Shown in pieces: positions 1-11,450 of a stretch of DNA of 64,000 nucleotides. The translations under genes were made by a program, and so were the position numbers. This DNA comes from Psammoneis japonica. Taxonomy: Eukaryota. How positions within the stretch are numbered: position 1 is the stretch's first letter; each line of letters opens with the position of its first letter. The notes below the pieces were generated by a model that searched no databases, was not told the DNA's origin, and was given only the letters and a program-made list of their open reading frames with translations. Where the stretch lies: NCBI GenBank assembly GCA_008632985.1, contig QPGO01000051.1, positions 363,046 to 427,045 on the forward strand, in the 5' to 3' direction.

Positions 1-1290
1 GCACAAGGCAAGGCACAAATGACGCTGTCATGTTGACACACGAGACTCTCAGAGTCATTGCACAGAAATTGTGCAGAAAAGCACCAGAAACAATTGTTGT
101 CTGTCTGTCTGCCCTTCTGCACTCAAATGTCTGCTTCTCGGGAAATCAATTGAAATGTTGTCTGACCAAAGGTGTCACTCTTCACCATGCAAATCAAAAT
201 GCCTTTGGTCAGATGACATTTCAGCTGAGTTCCCGAAAAGTTGCTGGCTCCAATCACCCTCTTGCATGACATTGTGTGCATTTCTGCACAGTTTGGTGTT
301 TTCCTCATGTGAGGCACACCAATTTTGACTCTTGCAACATTTTCGAATCATGGCTCCCATTGGTTGAATCCTGCAACAATGTCCTGCTGTCAAAATGGGA
401 CAAAGACATTTCCCTCCAAATTGTTGGATGTGACATGTCCCACAAAGACTTTTTGTGAAGGTGAGCAAGATCAAAAAATGCCCATGTCACAAGGACAAAA
501 TCGTCTTGTTGAAGGATGGACAGAAAAAATCTGTGACAGATTGGCGCACAATCACAGCACCCACTTCACACTGGCAAAAAGACAATCTCACAACACCCGC
601 CCGGTTGCAATGTGCAATGCATGAGGCAAGGCGGCACAAATGACGTTGTCATGTTGAGACACACGAGACTCTCAGAGTCATTGCACAGAAATTGTGCAGA
701 AGAGCACCAGAAGCAATTGTTGTCTGTCTGTCTGCCCTTCTGCACTCAAATGTCAACTTCTCGGGAAATCAATTGAAATGTTGTCTGACCAAAGGTGTCA
801 CTCTTCACCATGCAAATGTCAAAATGCCTTTGGTCAGATGACATTTCAGTTGAGTTCCCGAAAAGTTGCTGGCTCCAATCACCCTCTTGCATGACATTGT
901 GTGCGTTTCTGCACAATTTGGCATTTTCCTCATGCAAAATGCCAATTGTGACTCTTGCAACATTTTCGAATCATGGTTCCCATTGATTGAATCTTGCAAC
1001 AATGTCCTGCTGTCAAAATGGGACAAAGACATTTCCCTCCAAATTGTTGGACGTGACATGTCACACAAAGACTTTTTGCAAAGGTGAGCAAGAACAAAAA
1101 ATGCTCGTGTCAAAAGGACAAAATTGTCTTGTTAAAGGACAGACAGAAAAAATCTGTGACAGCTTGGTGCACAATCACAGCATCCACTTCACACTGGCAA
1201 AAAGACAATCTCACAACACCCGCGCAGCTGCAATGTGCGGTGCACAAGGCAAGGCACAAATGACGTTGTCATGTCGACACACAAGATGTG
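1..1290 (+). repeat. Tandem repeat with a unit of about 620 bp (two copies plus the start of a third)
   Basis: The unit start GCACAAGGCAAGGCACAAATGACG occurs at 1, about 619 (variant) and 1242. Copies 1 and 2 align along their length and give near-identical ORFs at 71-328 and 694-894. Confidence 0.9.
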
Positions 1291-2900
1291 CAAAAATTCA
1301 GAAACAAAACACACAAGAAAAATGGACATTCACCCGCTCAGCGCACAAAAGCAGTGCCTTCGGAATGACAAAATGACGCTTGACCAAAGAAAAGATGGTT
1401 GAAGTGGTTGCAACCATCACAAGATTGTCAAGACAAAATGGTCAGAAAATGTCCTTGACCATCGTTGATTGCTTGTGAAACATGGCAGTGCAGCAGAGCA
1501 ACGTGGCACATGATGCAAGCCCGCCAAACTGCGCAAAATCCACAAGCAAGTGAACACCACAATTGGGAGTGTACGTTGAGCACTGGGCGAGATGCCATGT
1601 GCAATTGGTGTCATGAAAGACACAGCAGGACAGCTGGTCCTTGTGTCCATGTGAACAAAATGATGTCAGAGAGAGTGCTTGATGCAACACCATGCACTCA
1701 CATGCAGAGCAAGAGACAAACAATGACACTCTCAAAGGACATTTGGAAATTGGAGCAGCCCTGTGTGTGCTGGCCCATGCAAAACAACAACAGCCATTGC
1801 TGATGGCACAATGCAGTTGATGTGAAAACATTGTTGGACATGTCAATGTCTGTCAAACAACTCCACTTGGCGAGCGACTCTCCAATGTGCAATTGGGGAG
1901 GTGAGTGCAGTGTGCGACTGTCGCGCGCATGTCTGCAATTGCAAATCATTCATGCATCAATCGTGCCACAGTCGTGGATGCATGCAAAGGACAGAATGAT
2001 CACACAGAGTTGAGTGGAAGTTGAAAATTGCAAATGCAGTCAACTGACGAGATGTTGACATCTTGCGCGTCAATTGCAGTCGCACACGGACAATCTGTTG
2101 TCATGATCACAATGTTCTCTGAAAGGCCTTTTGTCTGTGGAAGCAGTGCAGAAGCTTCAGGCCATTGAGAACTCCTTTGGAGAAACCAAAAATCACAGAG
2201 CAAAATTTAATCTCACAATTTCCACTTTTTGCACTTTGCTCTGCTTTTGTTTGCACTTGCACTTCAAGCACCGTGCAAGTGTGAGCCAATCTGATGTGGG
2301 CATTGAACCCACAAAGAAGATCATTCTGGACAATGGATCCACCCCAAGCATGGCAGCAAGCCAGAAAAAGAGTGGACACCCTGGATCAGGACTCTGCTGT
2401 GCCTGGTTGGGGTGACATGAAGTTGGGGTCCAAGCACACGACAGCAAACATCTTGAGTTTCAAGGGTGTCAAGGCCAAAGTGGCAGACAAGTTTCAACTG
2501 CTGGGCAAGAAGACTTGTGAGCAAGCAGCAGTTTTCAAGGCAAACGACATCAAATTGGCTGTTGAAGAGCAGAGGAGCAGAGAAAATTTGACGCTGCCAT
2601 CATCTGCAAACAAGTGCAAGTCTGAGCCCAGAAGATGACATTGAACACAACACCAAATCGGCAACGGTGCTGGCACAACTTGTGTGCGAAATCGACAACA
2701 GACTCAGATCTGCTAAAAAGGGTGTTTCAAGCTCTGGGGAAAAGACATTGCCTGTTGCAGTGGGTGTGTTGTTGACATTGTTGGCGGGGCCCACATTGTG
2801 GAAAGGTGTTCTTGACTGTGACGTGTGATTTTTTCGCGTTCTCAGCATTTGTGCCACATTTGTGCCAATCTGTGCAAGCCATTTTGGCATGTTCACTGCA
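1..2900. other. TpA-depleted block 1 (tandem repeat plus decayed element)
   Basis: Only a few TA dinucleotides seen in about 2.9 kb (e.g. near 1133, 1573, 2714). ORFs here are rich in Cys and His and almost lack Tyr. TA reappears gradually from about 2900 to 3100. Confidence 0.9.
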
Positions 2901-3256
2901 ACCATAAAAGAAATAATTGGCAAGCAACAAAAGAGATGATTCTCACTCTCACGCAAAATTTCAAATTTTCAAATTTTCACTTGCAAGCAAATAACAATGT
3001 TCCTTGCTGAATATGCGCTGTAAAGATTTAATGTCAGAATCGAACATCGTACATCAACACATGTATACGAATATAAAAATTTTAAAAATCGAAAATTCTC
3101 GAAGGGAAACGCCCAATTCTTCTCAAGGAAAGCGCCCACTTCTCCCCACACAACCACAAAAGTTGAAAGGAATTCTGTCGCTCATTGTCTTTGACTTGCA
3201 GTGTAACTCTTTCTGTTCGACTCACGATAGACCCTTCCAACGTCAGTTCTGTGAGC

Positions 3257-4387
3257 ATGCCTCTCATTTTAATTTTTGTAAAAGTTCTTCTTTTGAGCTC
3301 TGTTGCCATCTCGGCAAAAGCTCAAGATCAGTGTCCAGCTAGCACGAGTCTACCCAATGGTTCCACTTTAGTTGCCAGCCTTGTTGTTCCCGAGACAGGG
3401 ACCACCTTCTATGCCAAGCATGGAGGAACTGTGAATGTTGACATCAAGGGAACTGCCTCAATTGGAATCGGCACAGGTAGCAGAGACCTTCATTTCTCGT
3501 ACGTAATTGACAAGAGTCCAAGCACCGAGGGTTCATGTGGGATTCCGGGGAGCACTAAGACAATTTTTGAATGTGAAAAAGATGCGGTCCTTGCTCTTCA
3601 TCAAACCATTGAGGAGGGTGAATCTGCTCTTGATTACGGCGTAGTTGCATTTGATAATGGCGGAGAAAGTATCAAGTGGAATGAGAGCTTTGTCACTACT
3701 GACCGTGGTGATCAAGATGGGGATGTTGCGAATGCCGTGAATGCATTAACAATTGGAAGTGGCACAAACTTTGCTGCTGGTCTCAAGGAGGTATTGAACA
3801 GTGTTACCGAATCAGCTGCGACGGGCCAGAAACGAGTTATTTTCTTGTCAGATGGAGAAGACCAAGGCAATGAACAGGATTTTGATGCCGCACTTCAGGA
3901 CCTCAAAAATGAGGGCGCTAGAATCGATTCATTTGCTGTAGGAGCTAATTCCGTTTGTGATGGTCGACTCCAGGAAATGGCAGACGAAACTGGCGGCGAC
4001 TGTGCTTCAGTTGTAGATGCAGCTGAATTAGAAGATGCTCTCCAAGCATTGCTATCCTCCGAGATCACCTCCGTAGACATCACATTGAATGGGCATGACA
4101 TCACTCAAGTGGTGGGGCCTTTTTCTGGTCCAGTCTCAATGAATGTAGACTCTACCGCAATCGGTTTACCAGAGGGCCAATACAAAGTATGTATTGAAGC
4201 AACTGGTCTTGGTCCTCGAACTGATCCAAGCTCGTCAACTTCTATTGCTTGTTGTGAATGGTTCTATGTCAAAAGTGCTTATCACGGTCCCTATCATGGT
4301 AAATTGAAGGGTTCCTACAAGTACAAAGGCCCGGGTGCAACAAGAAAGAAAAGGGGCAGCCATTGGCACAACGGTTGGTGGTGGTGA
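3257..4387 (+). CDS. Secreted von Willebrand factor type A (vWA) domain protein
   Basis: Signal peptide MPLILIFVKVLLLSSVAISA from ATG 3257. MIDAS-like elements: VIDKSPST (DxSxS), GTNFAAGL and VIFLSDG. Single exon. Confidence 0.85.
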   Translation: MPLILIFVKVLLLSSVAISAKAQDQCPASTSLPNGSTLVASLVVPETGTTFYAKHGGTVNVDIKGTASIGIGTGSRDLHFSYVIDKSPSTEGSCGIPGSTKTIFECEKDAVLALHQTIEEGESALDYGVVAFDNGGESIKWNESFVTTDRGDQDGDVANAVNALTIGSGTNFAAGLKEVLNSVTESAATGQKRVIFLSDGEDQGNEQDFDAALQDLKNEGARIDSFAVGANSVCDGRLQEMADETGGDCASVVDAAELEDALQALLSSEITSVDITLNGHDITQVVGPFSGPVSMNVDSTAIGLPEGQYKVCIEATGLGPRTDPSSSTSIACCEWFYVKSAYHGPYHGKLKGSYKYKGPGATRKKRGSHWHNGWWW

Positions 4388-5348
4388 GAACCAAGGACTA
4401 TTGTCTCGGGCTTTGTTTTTGGGAATGCAAGCATTCATGGATTCAGCATGAGGTAGGGTCGGTGCACCAGGCATAACAGGATTAAAGTATTCTAATTTGC
4501 TATGGACATAACCTAATAAATAACAGCAGTCCCCGCCGCATGGCCGGGCTACGTCCAAGTAGTCGGGTCTAACCATTGTCATATCATTCTCCGGCACAAT
4601 GTTTCTCCGTCGGATACCAGCACTTGGAATTTCAACATTGCACCAGGAATATCCCACAAAAAGACTTTTGGAACAAGAAAATATAGTTGAGGTATGTTAC
4701 TTTTAACGTTCTGCTTTTTGTGTTTCTTATTGTTACTGAGATGAACGTTCCATCATGGCTGCAACAAATGCTCCCTCATCATACCCTGGTTTGAGTATCA
4801 TAATGGTAGAGCCCCACCAAAAAGAAGTCGTAGGGAGCTTTCTGTGCTGGTAAAGAAACTTGGCAACAACCATCTACTGATGGCGACGTTGTCCATTCAA
4901 AAAGTTGTCGATAAAGCTGTTCTTTCGATTAATTGCATTTGAGAACATGATTAAGAATACTCTTCTGATTACCTGCTTGTTAGGCCTTTGCACCATCCAA
5001 TCACCATCCAAGACCAACATTTACGCAACGATTCAATCATCAATGTGGATCCAAAAGAAGCCATGAAACTCTTTGGCCTGATCGATGCCAGTGGAGGCAC
5101 GCGTTGCTATTCTGGATCCGTTAAGCGATACAGAAAATGACGACCGGGAAAAATTTGACAGCAACTCCGTGACGAGTAGAGAGTATCCATACTGTAGTGT
5201 ATGTATGAAACTCATCCAATGTTATTTTGTGGTAGAGTTCCTGTGTAATACACTTTAAAATACTGCCTGCACGATACATTTTCCTTCCTGAAAACCCATT
5301 CAAATCCGAAACAGTCTTACCGAGAGCTGATCTTTTTAGTATTTATAT

Positions 5349-5448
5349 AATCACAACCATAATGATGAAGTCATGACACGCCCATCATATTTGTCATACT
5401 TGCAGTCGTTTCCTTGTTCTATTGGGAAAACGACATGGCAGTGAATGC
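5349..5448 (+). pseudogene. Degraded partial duplicate of the 5' end of the gene at 6186
   Basis: ATAATGATGAAGTCATGACACGCCCATCATAT...GGGAAAACGACATGGCAGTGAATGCA matches 6171-6275 with indels and an in-frame stop. Confidence 0.75.
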
Positions 5449-6185
5449 AAAATCTTCAAGCGTTGCGCTTTGTAGAATCTCCGATAGTTTCTTTACATTT
5501 TCCGGCATATTGTTACTGTCGCTGCCGTTTTGATTTCTGAACTTAGCTCCTCTGCTGCTGGCGGGACCGATTTTTCTACGCAGTACCCATTTGTGTAGGA
5601 ACGAGCTTTATTTTTGATTTTCGGGGCGTCAATGGCGAAGCTATTGATTCTAACTTTTGCTCTTCCACTGCAAACAACCGTAAACAGGAATTTCGTGCTG
5701 TCGACGCATTAGGAACTAAAAACGCATCCAACTGCGATGCTGGCATTGCCGAGTGCCGAGGCGAGAGCTGCTCTCTCGACTCTCGAATCGCATTCTTTCC
5801 CCCCAACTATATCAACCTATTTTTCAGTGACACAGCAAAGCTCCTGATAGCTTCGGTTTTGTTGGATATGAATAACACTGCTTCTTTGTCATCGCTCGAC
5901 GAGCGACGGGAGCGATTGGCTCTCCAAAACACCAAACACGCACCATCATTTTCTTCGTTTTTGGTTTTGGATTGGCGCGCGTCCTTCGTTGAAGTGTGCT
6001 GACGCAGTTCACAAAGGAAACCCGGAAATCAAAGGATCGGCAATTCAGCCTCAACTAAATTTTTCGCACGTCACATTTTTGCGGCAGATGGAGCGAAAAG
6101 CCAATCAAATCGGCTTCGCGTTTTGCATTTTTCATCTCATTGTTATGTTACCAACAGCTTGTATTCACTGAATAACAACAAAATA

Positions 6186-7088
6186 ATGATGAATTCAAGA
6201 CACGCCCATCATATTCTTATCATGCTTGCAGTCGTTTTCTTGTTCTCTTGGGAAAACGACTTGGCAGTGAATGCATTTTCATCGCCAATCACGGCTATCA
6301 ATATCCGACCAACACGATTGTCCATGTCTACTACACACGAAGATCCACAGCCAACGGCAATCGCAACAACGCTCTCTTCCAAAACAGACCAGTTTTTTGA
6401 ATCACTCGATGACTGGTATACGCGATCGATTCAAATCAAATGCCCATTTTTCCGAAGGCGTGCGGCAGACACGATTGATGCCGTTGCCATGATTGGAAGG
6501 TTCTTACTGATTCGTCACAAATCCTTGGGAATCACGTCCTACATGCCACCCGGATGTCGTGCCATGAGTACTAACAGCAAAATGTCTTGTGAGAAAATGA
6601 CGGGTCTTGACGCTTACGAAATCAAGGACTTGATTGAAAAGGATTGGAAACAAAGCACCGACAAGGGTTACTACATTACCGGCCGCTTGACGACTGCCAT
6701 TTATCGTGATGATGTCCTATTTTCGGGTCCCGATCCCGACATGCCGGTACGAGGGTTGCGCAAGTACTTGGGTGCAGCCTCGCACCTGTTTGACACGAAA
6801 AAGAGCAGTGCCAAGCTATTGTTGTTGAACGTTATCGATTCAAAGACAATCAAAGCCACGTGGCAACTCGAAGGAGTCCTCATGTTGCCATGGAGACCCA
6901 AGGTGCCGTCGTGGAGGGGAAGTACAACATATCATTTGGATCAAGACGGACTCATTCATCATCACGAGGAGCAATGGGAAAAGACAGTGTTGGAGGCATT
7001 TGTCACTACGGTTTGGCCCAACGTAGCAAGACGGATATGGAAAAATCAACTCAACGAGATACCATCCGAAGCAAAAGAGATGCAATAA
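6186..7088 (+). CDS. DUF2358 / SnoaL-like (NTF2-fold) protein, probably plastid-targeted
   Basis: Motifs GYYITGRLTTAIYRDDVLFSGPDPDMPVRGLRKY and WQLEGVLMLPWRP...GLIHHHEEQW. Signal peptide ends VNA|FSS (ASAFAP-like). The start codon is inferred. Confidence 0.75.
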   Translation: MMNSRHAHHILIMLAVVFLFSWENDLAVNAFSSPITAINIRPTRLSMSTTHEDPQPTAIATTLSSKTDQFFESLDDWYTRSIQIKCPFFRRRAADTIDAVAMIGRFLLIRHKSLGITSYMPPGCRAMSTNSKMSCEKMTGLDAYEIKDLIEKDWKQSTDKGYYITGRLTTAIYRDDVLFSGPDPDMPVRGLRKYLGAASHLFDTKKSSAKLLLLNVIDSKTIKATWQLEGVLMLPWRPKVPSWRGSTTYHLDQDGLIHHHEEQWEKTVLEAFVTTVWPNVARRIWKNQLNEIPSEAKEMQ

Positions 7089-7370
7089 AGGCCGTGTTGT
7101 TCTGTATTTTGCAATGACAAGAGAGTAGGATTGAATCCGAAGCGGGATGATCCTCGTAGTTTGTACCAAGATTGTGTAACGCGGGACTCGTTGTGACTCG
7201 TGACTCAACTATGACACCCACGATCTTTCCACGATTCGATCCATTTTGCTGTTACAGCAATCACAACACACGAATTGAACTGACAACACAAGAACGACAA
7301 CAAAAGTATATCAACACCTCTTTACCTTTGGTAAAGGCTTTATGCCTCGACCGACTTATACAAAAAGACA

Positions 7371-8789
7371 ATGAACGAAGAGCGACATGAACAGAGACGA
7401 AGAAGAGGACAATGTGCGACATGCTCTCGGAAAACGCATCACGTGTTCTTGCTTGGGTTGATTCGGATACCCGTTTCGACTGGAAGGTGTTTGGCTTGCC
7501 ATCCTCTCGAGGACTATGTATTTCAACCGCTCTTAGTTCCACCAATGGAACAACAGCCATTGTGTAATTGCTGCTCAAGACCGATACGGCCCGAGTCGTT
7601 TGCAAACAAAGCATCAACGGGCAATCGTGAAAAGCGACGAGCTCGCCGTAACTGCACTGAACACTGTATCTGTCTGACAGAGCATAATGTCATGCCATCA
7701 TCTTGCTGTATTTGTGCTTGCAGCTTGATAAAGCCAACATGTGTGGCGCGTACGGACGCTTGCCTCCATGTATTTTGTTTCTCGTGCATATCACGGTGGG
7801 CAGCGGTTGAGAATACGTGTCCTCTCTGCAAAGTGCGATTTCGGCGCATTGTAAACTCGTCTGGAAATGTCAAGAAAGTCGTACATCGTAACCAACGAGA
7901 AAGAAGCAGCGAGAGGCGGAACCGTGCCAGTACGACCTCGCGTCGTTCACCAGCATTATCAACGGCAGAAAGTACAACGGCAGCAGATTTATTGCGGCAC
8001 ACTGAAACGCAACGAAACTTTCAAGATACTGATACGGCCTCACGAGCAGAAACTGCAGCAGCAGATTTGCAACGGCACTCTCCCACGCAACGGCTGTACG
8101 GAACCTTTCGAGATGGTTCAACACCCCCGAGGACCAACAATGATACAGATCGAGGCGAGAGTGGAGAAGTACTATCTGTCAGTACTCGGAATATGAGGAG
8201 GTTGACGAGTCTTCGTCGAGCGCACCACGGGCGTTTTACCCTTTACGAACTAGCTTCTTATCAGCACGAAGTCCGCAGTCCTGCCACAAGGGAACGCTTT
8301 CAACAAATGGTTGAATTTTCTCGTTCTGTATCCAATGCTTCAAGATCATCCAGATCATTACCCTATCATGACGCAAGTCGCGACTCTGCCAATCGTTCCA
8401 TTACGACAGGACGAGAACAAGAGGTCATTCAAGGTGCTTTTCGACTTCCCAACGAATACACTGAAGGAACTGTCTTAAACAGAGCCGCGATTAGAAGCAC
8501 ATCCGGGACCGGATTTAGCCACGGACACAATAATGGCGTAGAGACTGGTTTCTCCTTGTCTCAACCAGAAGTCAACCGAGCAAGAGTGGTTCGATCAAAT
8601 CACAATGGGCCATCCTCCTCAAGCAACCTTCGCACCATGACGCGACCCTTGTCACCTCGCAACTGCTTTCGTCGCGGTTCATTTTCGTTTGACCTGGAGA
8701 GACAAGAGAGTGTGTCCAGCACAAGCCAGGCACCACGTGCCGGATTCAGTGAAGCGAGTCTGGCTTCGCAGAATGCCTTTGAGTCTTGA
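7371..8789 (+). CDS. RING-finger (C3HC4) protein with a long disordered C-terminus, putative E3 ubiquitin ligase
   Basis: CCICAC...CLHVFCFSCISRWAAVENTCPLCK RING signature in a 472-aa ORF. Confidence 0.8.
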   Translation: MNEERHEQRRRRGQCATCSRKTHHVFLLGLIRIPVSTGRCLACHPLEDYVFQPLLVPPMEQQPLCNCCSRPIRPESFANKASTGNREKRRARRNCTEHCICLTEHNVMPSSCCICACSLIKPTCVARTDACLHVFCFSCISRWAAVENTCPLCKVRFRRIVNSSGNVKKVVHRNQRERSSERRNRASTTSRRSPALSTAESTTAADLLRHTETQRNFQDTDTASRAETAAADLQRHSPTQRLYGTFRDGSTPPRTNNDTDRGESGEVLSVSTRNMRRLTSLRRAHHGRFTLYELASYQHEVRSPATRERFQQMVEFSRSVSNASRSSRSLPYHDASRDSANRSITTGREQEVIQGAFRLPNEYTEGTVLNRAAIRSTSGTGFSHGHNNGVETGFSLSQPEVNRARVVRSNHNGPSSSSNLRTMTRPLSPRNCFRRGSFSFDLERQESVSSTSQAPRAGFSEASLASQNAFES

Positions 8790-8945
8790 CGACGTCGTTC
8801 CACCCAAGAAAAGATAACATTAATTGTTTCTACCAATGAAAAGCGCGTGGCATGTCAGAAGATTGGCGAGCACTACCATAGCAAAATTTTCGATAACATG
8901 TAATACCCACTAAGTGTTAATAGTTGAGAATACCGGTATTTCCAG

Positions 8946-10163
8946 CTAGTTTCCCCACGTTGCCAAGGCGTCCACAACTTCCTGTTTTCCATTCGCCGAG
9001 GCAAGATCACTGGCTGTCTTTCCGTTCTGATTCAAAAGGGTCTTGTCGGCCCCAGCTTGGAGAAGAGACTTGACAACCGCGGTATGTCCGAGACGCGAAG
9101 CATCGTGCAATGGCGTGTCCCCATCAGAATCTTGGATATTGACTTGAATACCAGGCTGCGATATCAAGTAGTCAATAACATGTGCGTGTCCGAAAAACGC
9201 CGCCTTGTGCAAGGCCGTACGACCGCTGTACTGCTCAATGGAGTTTACATCAACTCCAGTCAACTCCATCATGCGGTCTGCCGAACCATGCATTGCCAAG
9301 TCACGAAAGTCCTTGTTGGGGTCTTCCTCTGAAGTGGCTTTCATGGGACTAGCATCTGGCTGACAGTGCTCTGGACAACCTTTGGCTAGCAAGGCACCAA
9401 ACGCCTCGGCGAAGTCCTTGAAGAAAAGATCCTGATCTTGTGCATACGCCTTGACGAACGGGAGGAACTTGTCATCCTGAATCAAAGCCAGGTCTGTAGG
9501 TAGCATCATGAGTTTTCCCGATGGATCCTGGTACTGCAAGGGTCCATCCCACTTGCGTGGAGTCCACTCCAGCTCGAGGAGATTCTTGAAGTACTCATTA
9601 TCAAACTTGAGAGGATTAGTTGTCCAAGGGCCGTCAAAGCCACTTCGAAGCTGATGACAAGATCCTAGAGTATGAGCGCCGGAAAGGGCAACGATCTCTT
9701 TGTCGCCAAAGCCCATACGATAAAACACATCCCTTAAATGCTGAGCACCCTGAGCGGCATCAGGAAGGCGGCCAACAGGAGGACACGCTTCTCCAGAAGC
9801 CGCATCCGAGCGACCATAGTTGAACTTAACATCTGGACCACCCGTCAGCTTGATGGCTTGAGTTCCTGCCATGGTCCACAAGTCGGCAGTACTTATGAGC
9901 GGGAACTTGGTCTTGACATGCTTGATGATGTCTTGCATCAAGGCCAAGCCAGCGTTGGCATCATCGGAGATTTCCGGCTCGAATCTCATTGTGGCACCGT
10001 CCGAACCGCCAGTCTTGTCAGAGTCATCATAGGTTCCACTGGCGTGCCACGCCAAACGTACCGTAAAGGGACATGTATTGGCTTTCTTACTGACAATGGC
10101 GGCGCTCAGCTCGGCACGGGCAGCCTTGTCGTAAAACTCGTTTGCATACGATTGATTCGCCAT
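8946..10163 (-). CDS. Class I heme peroxidase (ascorbate / cytochrome c peroxidase family) fused to C-terminal ankyrin repeats
   Basis: Distal motif VRLAWHASGTYD, proximal motif LSGAHTLG, plus GPWT and LMMLPTD. Ankyrin repeats GRTALHKAAFFGH, GDTPLHDASRLGH and GKTASDLA follow in the same uninterrupted ORF. Confidence 0.92.
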   Translation of the reverse strand: MANQSYANEFYDKAARAELSAAIVSKKANTCPFTVRLAWHASGTYDDSDKTGGSDGATMRFEPEISDDANAGLALMQDIIKHVKTKFPLISTADLWTMAGTQAIKLTGGPDVKFNYGRSDAASGEACPPVGRLPDAAQGAQHLRDVFYRMGFGDKEIVALSGAHTLGSCHQLRSGFDGPWTTNPLKFDNEYFKNLLELEWTPRKWDGPLQYQDPSGKLMMLPTDLALIQDDKFLPFVKAYAQDQDLFFKDFAEAFGALLAKGCPEHCQPDASPMKATSEEDPNKDFRDLAMHGSADRMMELTGVDVNSIEQYSGRTALHKAAFFGHAHVIDYLISQPGIQVNIQDSDGDTPLHDASRLGHTAVVKSLLQAGADKTLLNQNGKTASDLASANGKQEVVDALATWGN

Positions 10164-10823
10164 GGTTAAGAGGTGAAGATAGTGCGATGGTTTCCTGTAA
10201 TTTTTAGGGTATTGAATTGAAAAGAATCGGTGTGATGTGTGATGGTGTCAATAGGGCCCTAGAAAAAAAAAGTGAGAACAAAATCTTCGCGGCATGCTGC
10301 GACCGACGAGCTCGAATTTAATGTTTTAAGGAACCCGGATCGTTGCAATTGCCCGTTTTTTCCCGTGTAAATAACACGAGTTTTTGTTAGGCGTTGGTGA
10401 CATCGGTGACACTTCAACCACGAGCTCTTTCACGTACTGTATTAGAACAGTACTGAAATCTACACGTCTAATCGAAAGGTGTTGCTCTCCAACACACTTG
10501 CGATTGATCACTCACCTTTTTCCACTCTAGAGTTGCAGTCGACCATGGCGGCTCCAGAAATAATGACGAACCGCAGTACTTATCGCCTGTTTTTGTGTCT
10601 GTTTGCTTGTCATTGTTCTTGCTCTCGCCATTTTTGTACTACCGTAGTACAGTCCTCTCTATTACTCACAATGAACGAACAGGAGAACTAAGAGGACGTG
10701 ATCCTAAGCTAAATGCGGTTGCAAGGAAAACCCATTCTTTCATCAAGGAGACTCCAAGATCTAGTTTCAGCACCTCGTGCATAGAAGTACACGCTTTAGT
10801 TTGTCGTCTTAGGAACTATTTAT

Positions 10824-11450
10824 TCATATGTCATCCGATTGATATTCGAATCCGTTTTCTTTGCATATGAATTCTAGTTCTTGCCGTATTGATGTTGCCT
10901 CTTGTATATTACCAGCTTCAAGCTGTCGATTCATATCACGACGCATCGCTTCCAATTGCTGCTCTAGTTCAGCGTCTTGTCCGGCTACTTCAACAAAGTC
11001 CAGCTTGGGAAGTGACAGCCACGGCAGAGGATCTTGCTTCTTGTCTGACGCCGACGAAGATGGTCGAAACGCACTATTTTGATATCCACGACCGTCCTTC
11101 AAAAAAGCACCCAGCCCATCGTCTCCCTTTAACATGGTATTGATCCATCCTTGAGCTGCGACTCCTAATCCAAGAGCTACAACCAGCGGTACTACGAGAG
11201 TCCCGCCGCTGTCGAAACCTGCGTCACCATTAAACAATGACAGTCGTTTTTGTCGATAACATTCTCCCATATTCTTCGATGAAATTGTAGGATGTTTTGG
11301 ATGCTGTGACGGAACGTTGTATTCAAGAAGCGACTTCTGATTGATGTGCTGCCTTGGCAATGATGAAGCAACGAAGCATGCTGCAGTTGTAAATCTAGAG
11401 GCGTAGGAGACAACAGCAATAAGAGCGAGAAGAGTAAGGCAGTTGCACAT
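10824..11450 (-). CDS. Hypothetical protein, probably plastid-targeted, one transmembrane helix
   Basis: Hydrophobic signal peptide from MCNCL (ATG 11450), TM segment VVPLVVALGLGVAA, conserved-looking DPLPWLSLPKLDFVEVAGQ, and a coiled-coil or UVR-like C-terminus. Confidence 0.65.
   Translation of the reverse strand: MCNCLTLLALIAVVSYASRFTTAACFVASSLPRQHINQKSLLEYNVPSQHPKHPTISSKNMGECYRQKRLSLFNGDAGFDSGGTLVVPLVVALGLGVAAQGWINTMLKGDDGLGAFLKDGRGYQNSAFRPSSSASDKKQDPLPWLSLPKLDFVEVAGQDAELEQQLEAMRRDMNRQLEAGNIQEATSIRQELEFICKENGFEYQSDDI

Noticed and set aside
1290..3114. Assignment of block 1 to a specific DNA transposon (possible end ...GAAGGGAAACGCCC at about 3114)
   Set aside because: No matching second terminus, TSD or transposase motif is visible in the window.
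4390..5340. Possible gene between the vWA and DUF2358 genes (ORF 4235-4657 on the minus strand)
   Set aside because: Short ORFs with no recognisable motif; the longest overlaps the vWA gene antisense.
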